Source: an uncultured Elusimicrobia bacterium
Lineage (GTDB): Bacteria > Elusimicrobiota > Elusimicrobia > 2-01-FULL-59-12
DNA: 64,000 nt
NCBI GenBank assembly: GCA_963702895.1
Contig: OY969767.1
Span: forward strand, 1,376,001 to 1,440,000
Direction: 5' to 3'
The notes beneath the pieces were generated by a model that did no database searches, was not told where the DNA came from, and was given only the letters and a program-made list of their open reading frames with translations. Each line of letters starts with the position of its first letter. Position 1 is the stretch's first letter. Both the position numbers and the translations under genes were made by a program. Below, piece after piece: positions 20,559-29,000 of the stretch.

Positions 20559-20639
20559 TTTACAACCAGCTCAGAACTCAGAAGGCAGAGTTCAGAAATA
20601 TTCACTGGTTGCCAAATCTGCGTCGACGCATTTTACAAA

Positions 20640-20990
20640 TTAATTAATAAACCGAAGCGTCAACGGATAGCGCACGGATTCGCCTTTGTTCGCCCGAAGG
20701 CCCGCGCGGATGACGAGCAGGATATGCCCAATCAGAACCAGCGGCAAAAGGACAAACCCGATCAGAATGTAACAAAGCAAGCCTGCCACAAGAGCATAGA
20801 CCGTCACGGAAAGATTAAAATTCACGGCCTCTTTCCCCTGCTCTTGCAGAACAGGATCGCTCTTCCTCTTGAGGAGCCAGATCAACAGAGGAACCAGGAC
20901 ATTCCCCAGAGGTATCCCAATGTACAGGGAAAGTCCCGCGAGGTGACAGATCATGCTCCAATTGACGGTACTTTGTGTTGGTTCTCCCAT
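20640..20990 (-). CDS. DUF4870 membrane protein
   Basis: WSMICHL...PLLIWL...QGKEAVNFNLS...RYPLTLRFI. Confidence 0.85.
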   Translation of the reverse strand: MGEPTQSTVNWSMICHLAGLSLYIGIPLGNVLVPLLIWLLKRKSDPVLQEQGKEAVNFNLSVTVYALVAGLLCYILIGFVLLPLVLIGHILLVIRAGLRANKGESVRYPLTLRFIN

Positions 20991-21934
20991 GACGTTTCTC
21001 CTTTGACTGAGTGTAGCACATCGGCAAGATTCACCCCGCCGTTGAGCCAGTCGAGTGGCGGTCTCTGCATTTGCCCCAAAGGACATAGGCGTGAAACACC
21101 AAGCCCCTGCAGGTCTCGTTCGAGCTGTTCCTGCCGACCAGTCTCGCCCGCATAACCCACGCAAGAAAGATGCGGCGCGAGGGTTCGCATCTTGTCGAGC
21201 ACATCCTGCCAGCGCTTGAACCCTTCCAGGCGTGGTGCCACCTCCAGTGCGGCCCCCAAGGCCTGCCACTGACTCGGGTCCAAATTTTCCACAAAGATCA
21301 CCTGCGGTGACAAGCAGCCCTGGAGCCGAAAGGGTTCAGCATCAGCGATGATTCGGTCCATCCAGACGTTCGAGAGTTCCTTTTGGGCTTCTTCAAAGAC
21401 AACCCCGACGCTCAGTTGATGACCATACCCAACAAAGCGTGTCCCAGCAGGCACAGAGGCTTGGACGAGCCGAAGGGTCTCATCGGACCCATAGGCCACC
21501 ACGACATCAAAGTCGCACAACAACGTTTCACTCCACGCCACGATGTCGACTAATTCTGAGAGTCTTTCATCCATACGCTCAAGCGACTTCTTCCATGCCA
21601 TTGGAAAGACAGGCTCCCGAAACGATGGTTTAAGGGCCACCTTCCAACCCGATAGGAGGCTTAGCACAACCCCATGGACCCAGGCGGTAAAGGCGTTCGC
21701 CGGCAAGATATGGAGGACCGTTCGTCCGACGTTCGACGTCCGACGTCCCGACATCCATTGGAGGAGTTTCTCACACGTAAGTTCTTCAAAACAACTCGCA
21801 AGCGCGCGCTCGATCGAACGGCGGCTATAGCCAGTTGAAACTTGAAGGGCCTGGATCGTTTCCGACCGGAAGGCGTCGTCCGGATTCAGCCATCGCTCCG
21901 CAACCTGACCCAAATATTCTATCCGATGGTTCAT
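20951..21934 (-). CDS. LuxC-like acyl-CoA reductase (shortened)
   Basis: HILPAN, LKPS, AYGSDET, YGHQLS, QGCLSP, GVSRLCPLGQMQRPP. Confidence 0.8.
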   Translation of the reverse strand: MNHRIEYLGQVAERWLNPDDAFRSETIQALQVSTGYSRRSIERALASCFEELTCEKLLQWMSGRRTSNVGRTVLHILPANAFTAWVHGVVLSLLSGWKVALKPSFREPVFPMAWKKSLERMDERLSELVDIVAWSETLLCDFDVVVAYGSDETLRLVQASVPAGTRFVGYGHQLSVGVVFEEAQKELSNVWMDRIIADAEPFRLQGCLSPQVIFVENLDPSQWQALGAALEVAPRLEGFKRWQDVLDKMRTLAPHLSCVGYAGETGRQEQLERDLQGLGVSRLCPLGQMQRPPLDWLNGGVNLADVLHSVKGETSWENQHKVPSIGA

Positions 21935-22986
21935 GTTCGATAGGCCTCCGCCGATAGCGAACAACCCCGGACCTCAGCATTCGGAGCCCGACCAAGCAGA
22001 TGAAAAGCGTCGGACGTCGAACGTCGGACGGACGTTCCAAGGTCCTCCGTCTGAACAGCCATCACGGAATCCACATTGGCCAGGTCAAAATGCCGCAAAA
22101 GGCCGGTTTCGCCTTCCTTGGCGAGTCCACCCGTCACCGAATCCACAACGATGGTTCGCGTCCAAGGAGGTCCTTGGAGAGAGGAAGTCCCCCCTCGTCC
22201 ATAGAATTGAGAACTGAGCTCACACATTCCATATTCATTAATGCATGCTTCTTCTGGGATGCCCAGGGATACTGTCACTTGCTGCACAAATTCTGGCCTG
22301 GTCACCTGGCGTTTCTCTGTTTTCATTCCCCCCGTATCCATCAACCGGCTGCCAGGAGGAAGACGAAATATCTTTCCCGTCTTGCTTAGATAATCAAAGA
22401 ATTTCAGGAAGCTAATCGTTGTGCCCAAGAGAGCCACCGGCACTCCGGTACTTTCCGACTCGCAAAGTTTCCGGAAGAGTTGTGTCTCGAGGAGAACACC
22501 TCGTTCGATGAAGGTGCCGCTACCGGGTGTGCCAAATTTGCGCTTGACGACCTCCAGCATCCAACTCAAGGAAGAGTGCGGGGCCTCCGCTGGAGCCGGC
22601 GCTAACACCAGCATGGGCAGGCGCGCCTGGTCCGGCAAGACTTGAGATGAGAAAAAGCTCTCAAGCGAGCTCTCGTAGTAGCGAAGTGTCCGAAGATAGT
22701 GTTGGCTCCGGGACGATGAGGTCGTGCCGCTCGAACGAAACACCGCCGCCGCTTGGGCCACAGGAAAGGTGGCCAGCTCAGAGGACTTAAAGGCGGACAC
22801 GGGAACCGCGGGAATTTCCTGCCAGGTCTGGATCCGCACCGGACTCAGACCCTGCGCGCGGCAAAAGGCCTGATAGGGTTTGTTGCGCGCAAACTGATAG
22901 GCAAAAAGTTCAAGGGCGACAGACTCAAAATCACCCGTGCCCGTGCGCAAGAATTGCTCGATACGCTGTCCAAGGCTTTCGGTCAT
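21931..22986 (-). CDS. LuxE-like acyl-protein synthetase
   Basis: IPAVPVSAFK, FRSSGTT, MDTGGMK, EYGMCELSSQ, DLAN, QTEDLG, LLGR...RGCS. Confidence 0.85.
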   Translation of the reverse strand: MTESLGQRIEQFLRTGTGDFESVALELFAYQFARNKPYQAFCRAQGLSPVRIQTWQEIPAVPVSAFKSSELATFPVAQAAAVFRSSGTTSSSRSQHYLRTLRYYESSLESFFSSQVLPDQARLPMLVLAPAPAEAPHSSLSWMLEVVKRKFGTPGSGTFIERGVLLETQLFRKLCESESTGVPVALLGTTISFLKFFDYLSKTGKIFRLPPGSRLMDTGGMKTEKRQVTRPEFVQQVTVSLGIPEEACINEYGMCELSSQFYGRGGTSSLQGPPWTRTIVVDSVTGGLAKEGETGLLRHFDLANVDSVMAVQTEDLGTSVRRSTSDAFHLLGRAPNAEVRGCSLSAEAYRT

Positions 22987-24458
22987 ACGGTTTTTATGCC
23001 GTCACCCCGGCGGAAGCCGGCCCTCCACACATCCGGCGGGCCGTCCGCCCTGCCGTGTGGCGGACGGGGTCCATCATTGTCGGCAAAGAATGGATAGATC
23101 CCCCGCTTACTACCGCGGGGGATGACGGCGAACAGTACCTCACAGAGAATATGGGTTGCCAATTTTAAATCATTTCCTGAAATGGTCAGCGGCGGCGTGA
23201 GGGTGAGCACATTGCGCCGGACTCCTCCGGACAAGACGATGAGCCGCTTCTTGAGCGATTCGGTGACCACCCGCGCGGCAAGCCTGGGTGCCGGCGTGAG
23301 GGTTTTCTTGTCTTGGACCAATTCGATGCCGATCATAAGCCCCAGACCGCGCACCTCTCCCACACAGGGATGATCGGCCAAGGCGTCCTGGAGTTCCCTG
23401 AGCCACGGTTTGCCCACACGCGAGGCCCGCTCGGCCAGCTTCTTCGCTCGAAGTTCCTTCAGCGTCGCAAGCGCCATCGCACATCCCAGGGGATGGCCCA
23501 GAAACGTGCTCGTATGGATGGCCTCGCCATCCGACGGCGGCCACGCGTCCATCGCGGCCCGTGTGCCCAGGCAGGCCGAAAGAGGAAAACCATTCGTCAG
23601 CGCTTTACCGACGCAGACAAGGTCCGGGTCGACGCCAAAATGATCCACCGCCAAAAACCGGCCGGTCCGGCCGGTGCCAGAAAAGATCTCGTCGTCGATC
23701 AAGAGCAGCTGATAGCGCCTCGCGAGCGCTCGCAAACCCCGTAGAAACACGGGGCCGGCGACGCGCACGCCGCCCCGGCCTTGCACGGGCTCCACGATAA
23801 TCGCTCCAAAGGGCCCGGCGGGATGTTTCCCTTGCTTGAGGAGGCGCTCTAAGTTCTCAAGGCACCGCTCGGCAGAGTTCCCGCGGAGCTCATCGGGGAA
23901 TGGCGAAAGCGCGCACCAGGCGGGCAGTTGATCTTGGAACGGATTTCGAAAATCTTCTCGATCGCACAACCCGAGGGTCCCGTAGCTCAGCCCATGGTAG
24001 GCCCCATCGAAAGCGATCACACCTTTCTTGCCTGTCGCCAGGCGCGCCGTTTTGAGGGCAGACTCCACCGCTTCCGCGCCGGAGCTCGAAAGGATGGCGA
24101 GCGGAAATCGTCGCGAAGTGGCCACGCTCAAGGCCTCAAGGAGCTGAACTTTGACCGCATTGGGATGCACGTCGCCCATGCCATGCCACATCTTTTGGCT
24201 TTGTTTTACGATAGCGCGCTGGACGCAAGGTGCCCCGTGACCCAACCCGGCCACACCGAAGGCGCTCGTGAGGTCGAGATACCGAGTGCCGTCCACGTCC
24301 CTCACCCAGGAGCCTGCGGCGGACTCCCAGAACACGGGAAAGTCATCCGAGAGGTAGGTGATATTCCTGGACTCGACCCGGCGCAGCCGCCGCGCAAGCT
24401 GTCGGGATTTCGGACCCGGAAGGCGACTAGGGTGAGCGAGCGAAGTGAGTCGATTCAT
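22983..24458 (-). CDS. Class III PLP aminotransferase; C-terminus extended through a palindromic repeat
   Basis: SGAEAVE, AYHG, EPVQGRGG, DEIFSGTGRTG, GKAL, HTSTF, RGLGLMIG. Confidence 0.92.
   Translation of the reverse strand: MNRLTSLAHPSRLPGPKSRQLARRLRRVESRNITYLSDDFPVFWESAAGSWVRDVDGTRYLDLTSAFGVAGLGHGAPCVQRAIVKQSQKMWHGMGDVHPNAVKVQLLEALSVATSRRFPLAILSSSGAEAVESALKTARLATGKKGVIAFDGAYHGLSYGTLGLCDREDFRNPFQDQLPAWCALSPFPDELRGNSAERCLENLERLLKQGKHPAGPFGAIIVEPVQGRGGVRVAGPVFLRGLRALARRYQLLLIDDEIFSGTGRTGRFLAVDHFGVDPDLVCVGKALTNGFPLSACLGTRAAMDAWPPSDGEAIHTSTFLGHPLGCAMALATLKELRAKKLAERASRVGKPWLRELQDALADHPCVGEVRGLGLMIGIELVQDKKTLTPAPRLAARVVTESLKKRLIVLSGGVRRNVLTLTPPLTISGNDLKLATHILCEVLFAVIPRGSKRGIYPFFADNDGPRPPHGRADGPPDVWRAGFRRGDGIKTV
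22998..23129. repeat. REP-like palindromic element inside the aminotransferase 3' end
   Basis: GCCGTCACCCCGGCGGA...GGGGGATGACGGC; inner ~55 bp matches about 51928-51984. Confidence 0.8.
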
Positions 24459-24525
24459 CGACGGTATTTTATCTTAAAAAACATACGGGGACGTTGGTAA
24501 CTTACCAACGTCCCCGTGTGTCCTG

Positions 24526-25910
24526 GAGTTACCATCAAAAGTGCTGGAAATAGGTTCTGAGGCAAGGAAGGATTTGCCTTAGGAATAGATAACGGCGTAC
24601 CCTTTCGTTGAACCAAACAAACCTGTCCGTTCAAGCGGACAATAAACGAAAAGGAGACGCCGTTATGAAGACCATTGTAAACGTGAAAGGCTGCGAACAC
24701 AAAGAGAGCATGCTGGATTATCTGGCCCGAGAGGGAGCGCGCAAAATGCTGGTGGAAGCCCTGGAGGAAGAAGTGACGATGTATCTGGAGCGGCGGCGCT
24801 ATGAGCGGGCGAAGAGCCTGGAGAAAGGCTATCGCAACGGAACCCGGGAGCGGAAGGTGACAGTTTTGGGAGCAGGTTTAAAGCTCTCGGTGCCGCAAGT
24901 CGACGGGGGCGAGTTTGAGTCGAGCATCTTGCGTCCGTACCAGCGGCGAACCGAGGGTGTCGAGGAGTTATTCCGGCGGCTGTACCTGGAGGGGCTCTCG
25001 AGCCGGGACTTTGAGCCGGCGATGCGAGCACTGATCGGGGATGGAGCCACCTTATCAGCCAGCACGATCCTGCGTTTATCGGCGAAGTTTCAATCGGACC
25101 TGGCCACCTTCAGCCGCCGGGACTTATCCGAAACGCGTTACGCCTATGTCTGGGCGGACGGCGTGTACTTGAAGGCCGGGCTGGAGAAAGAGAATACGGC
25201 GCTTTTAGTGTTGGTTGGCGTGAATGCCGATGGGAAGAAAGAGCTGATTGCTCTGATGGAAGGCTACCGGGAGAGCCGGGATTCCTGGAAGGAAATCTGG
25301 CGAGGGGTGGCGGAGCGTGGAATGCCCGCTCCGCTCTTGGTTATCGGCGATGGGATGGGTGGGCTCTGGGAGGCGGTGGCGGAGGTCTATCCGACCGCCA
25401 AAGATCAACGGTGCTGGAAGCACAAGATGCGCAACGTCGTGGATAAAGTGCCGAAGGCCAAGCAAGAGGAGGTGCTCAACCGTCTGCGCGTAGCGTATCA
25501 GGCGGAGCGTCGAGAAGACGCGGAGAATCACCTGGCCTTGTTAGCCGAGGACCTGGAGATTCGCTACCCGAAGGCGGCGGCTTGTATCCGGAAGGACCAT
25601 GACGCCTTGCTGCGCTACTTCGACTTTCCGAAGGAGCACTGGGTGCATTTAAAGACGAGCAATCCGATCGAGTCGGTCTTCGCGGGGGTCCGATTGCGAA
25701 CTCGCGTTGTGCGGCGGTTTCAGAAATCTCGCACGGGAGTAGCGTTCGTCTACAAAATCATTGAACGCCTGGCGCAATTCTGGAAGCCGATTGAGAAGCC
25801 GGAATTGGTGATGGGATTATTCGTCGAACGAGAGAAGCTGGAGGTAGCGGCCTAAGAGACTTTCGACCAAAGGGGCGCCGATCGATTTCCATCACATTTG
25901 ACTAAAGCTC
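24526..25910 (+). mobile_element. IS256-family insertion sequence
   Basis: Imperfect 25-bp TIRs (GAGTTACCATCAAAAGTGCTGGAAA vs rc GAGCTTTAGTCAAATGTGATGGAAA); 9-bp target duplication TGTGTCCTG at 24517-24525 and 25911-25919. Confidence 0.92.
24665..25855 (+). CDS. IS256-family transposase
   Basis: GYRNG, LYLEGLSSRD, WADGVY, IGDG, QRCWKHKMRN, TSNPIES; AAAGGAG RBS. Confidence 0.95.
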   Translation: MKTIVNVKGCEHKESMLDYLAREGARKMLVEALEEEVTMYLERRRYERAKSLEKGYRNGTRERKVTVLGAGLKLSVPQVDGGEFESSILRPYQRRTEGVEELFRRLYLEGLSSRDFEPAMRALIGDGATLSASTILRLSAKFQSDLATFSRRDLSETRYAYVWADGVYLKAGLEKENTALLVLVGVNADGKKELIALMEGYRESRDSWKEIWRGVAERGMPAPLLVIGDGMGGLWEAVAEVYPTAKDQRCWKHKMRNVVDKVPKAKQEEVLNRLRVAYQAERREDAENHLALLAEDLEIRYPKAAACIRKDHDALLRYFDFPKEHWVHLKTSNPIESVFAGVRLRTRVVRRFQKSRTGVAFVYKIIERLAQFWKPIEKPELVMGLFVEREKLEVAA

Positions 25911-26027
25911 TGTGTCCTGGGCCGTCGATACCCATATTTTATGGGTCTTTTAGGCCCGTATTTTTGGCCTTCCCTACTATATATTCATTGCCGGAAACCC
26001 CCTATTATTAAGGAGACTAGATCTTCG

Positions 26028-29000
26028 ATGATTCCCTTTATATTTCAGCGATTTGTCGCACTTCTCCTGGTCCCCTCCCTTCTCGTGGACCCGCTCACGG
26101 CGGCTGCCTTATCCAATGAAAGTCCGAGACCTGTTGACTTGGCTGCCGCACGCGGCGTCAATTTCCTCAACCAAGCCTTAATGGAGAGGCTGACAGGCGC
26201 TGAATTCCATCCTGCCGCATCGCCAAAACATATCAGTGTCGTGAAGGATTTAATTCAAAGATTGAGGGAAGCCGCGAAAGGGAAAGTTCAGGGCGGGTCG
26301 TCAACCGATCATCCGTCCTCTGGTAAGGTCGGCCATGGCGATACCGCAGGCTCCGTTAACGGAAATGGTATGTCGCGGCGTGATTTGCTGAAGCAATCTG
26401 CGCTGGCTTTGATGGTTCAGAACCTTCCGGCAGCGGCTCAAGCGGCTCTCGAGGCAGTCCCCATGAAGAGGCGCACGGCTTTTATCCAATTTCTCAGTGC
26501 CTTTCAACAAACACTTGAAGCCTTGCCGCGCGAGGTGAGAGACTACCATCAGGACCCCGACCTCCAGATGGGTGCCGGCAAATTCGGAGAGTTGGCAGAC
26601 GCGATCAGATCCTTGCGCGCTCAAGGAGCTTCGTCAGGGTTCAGCTCGGGCGCGTTGGGGGATTTGCAGGACATCTTTAAATTTTTGCAAGGGTCCGTTC
26701 GTCAACAGGTGGCGTCTCCGGAGTGGCAGACCCGATTTGCTCCAGAGACGCTCAGGATGCTCCAACTCGCAGCCTCGTCACCGAATGACTTTGAGCTGGA
26801 ATATCGTGTCGGCCTCTCCTGCCGCTGGCTGGAAAGCAACGGTATACAGGTAAGCCGTGAGGCAGCCCTGCAATCCGCGCGCGACGCTGTGGTGACGGGG
26901 CAAGAGCCACTTGGCGACTACCTTCAGAAGTGGCTTACGCCGCTCGTTTCAGAGCGTGTCGCGCCTACGGTCGCGCAGGAGGCGCAGCAATTGGCTCGCC
27001 TCGGCGCAAACCCAATTCAAACGGCGGATGCTTTTGCCGTGGAATTCATCCGTGAGTTCCAAAAACATCCTGGCAACGCTTTCTGGCCGAATCCGGATAA
27101 ATTCCAGAAATATGTTCATGGCCAGGCGCGGCTCAAGGCGTTAGATGCGTTCCGCAGCAGCGTCAGCGAATTGGGGACGACCCTGGCGAAGGCTGGGGTC
27201 AGAATCGACGGCGGATTTGTGTCAGCATACAGCAATGACGACTGGGGTTTTAACAAATGGATGAAGGATCCCGCTGCCTATATCCAAGAGATCCGAAGAA
27301 TCACTTGGACTTCGCATGTCCGCGGAATGATGTTACAGCGGCTCGAAGAAAAACGGTCACGCTACAACCACGTCGCCTACCAGCGATTGAGAGACAGCAT
27401 CTTTGACATCCAGGACGAGGGCCTCGATCTGGACGCGGACCCCGACACGCTGTTCCACCAGCTCGAGTCCGCCATGGACGCGGAAGGAATCAACCGTCTC
27501 CCGGCAATTCCCGCGAACCGCGTGCCGCCTCCAATGTCCCAGGTTAAGGCACCCGGCGGCGTGCCCGCGGATCTGGATTCGCTCGTCAAGGACATTGCCG
27601 AGAGAGCGACAGCGACGGATGTCGAGGTCCGGGTCTTTATGGATGCGAAGGGGGCCGTCCGGTTTTTCGACATCCGCCCCTTGGATCCAAACGTGAGAGG
27701 CTTGCTGAGGACCCTGAGAGGCGCAGACCTCCCGTTCCTGAAGAAGAGGAACGGCCGCCCAGGGTGGCGTTACGGAATGCGCATCTCAAAGGGGACGCCT
27801 GCCTCAAAGATCAAATCGCGTCTCTTGTCGGGACTCGATTCTGGCCTCTGGCTGGACTTTTACACGGCGCCGCAGCATGACGGATCCCGCCTCCTCCCAG
27901 CTCAAGAGCCGCAAGCGAGCGAACCACTTTTAGCGCCCCGGATGAGCATTTTCAGCGGCCCCGAGTGGTTTGAACGGTGGGGCGCCCCCCTGGAAAGCGT
28001 GATGGTGGGCGCTCTGGCCAGCGGGATCCCGGCGCTTCTGCTTCTCCTTGTGGGCGTGGACTCAAGTGCTCCGACTGTCCTAAACGAGGCCGTCTTGTTG
28101 CCCGCGATGGCTTTGCTGATCTTGACCTTGGGCCAATGGTTGGCCGTTGACCTGTATAGCGGGCGGCATCCTTTGGATCGAAGGGAAGCATGGGACCGGT
28201 TGATCCGAAATGGCACATGGCTTCGGACTCCGCCGCAGAAGGTGCACGGTTGGGCCACGCGCATTGCCCTGGGCGCTGGCGCCGCGGCGCTGCTCCTGCA
28301 GGCCACGCCGGTACTACCCCTCAGCCTGGCGTCCTACCTCGCCGTCGTCGCAGGGACCTACACGCTGACCCATCTGGCCGTTCATTTCCACCACAATCTC
28401 ACCCACGACAGCGACTTGCGCATGAGCCTTCGTCCGGCCGTACGACCTCCGCTCAATATCCCGATCATGGAATCCCTAAGAGAGCGATGGAAATCGATTT
28501 TGATCGCCGCGCTGTCTCCTCTTCCGTTTTATCTCATCCCCAGAATTATACAGAGACTCATGAAATGGCCGTTTCCTTCGGATCTGGAATTTATGATCAC
28601 ACTTCTGTTCGGTTTTGCGATCGGCATGGCGGGCATGATCATCTATGAAACAGCCGCGCATACGCTGAAATCTCAACGTGGGGCGGGGACCGAACCTTCG
28701 GGACCCTTGGTGACCCAGGGCTTATATCAATGGGTCCGACACCCTATTTACATGGGTTATTTCCTTGCCTACGGCGGAATCCTGTCGATGTTCAGCTCTC
28801 TGATTACCACCGTGCCCTTATTTGTCGTTCTCCCTTCGGTGGTCTACTACTGTGTCGACAAAGCGGGCGCGGAAGAGACCCACTTGCATGCTCGGTTCGG
28901 CGATTTATATCGTGATTACGCGCGCCGCACCCCTTCCTTTTTCCCCTTCCGGCTGCCACGGCTCCGTCTGATGTCGGCAACGGCTCCCGCGGTCGACGGC

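Noticed and set aside
20951..22986. Bioluminescence operon
   Set aside because: No luxA, luxB or luxD is present in the window.
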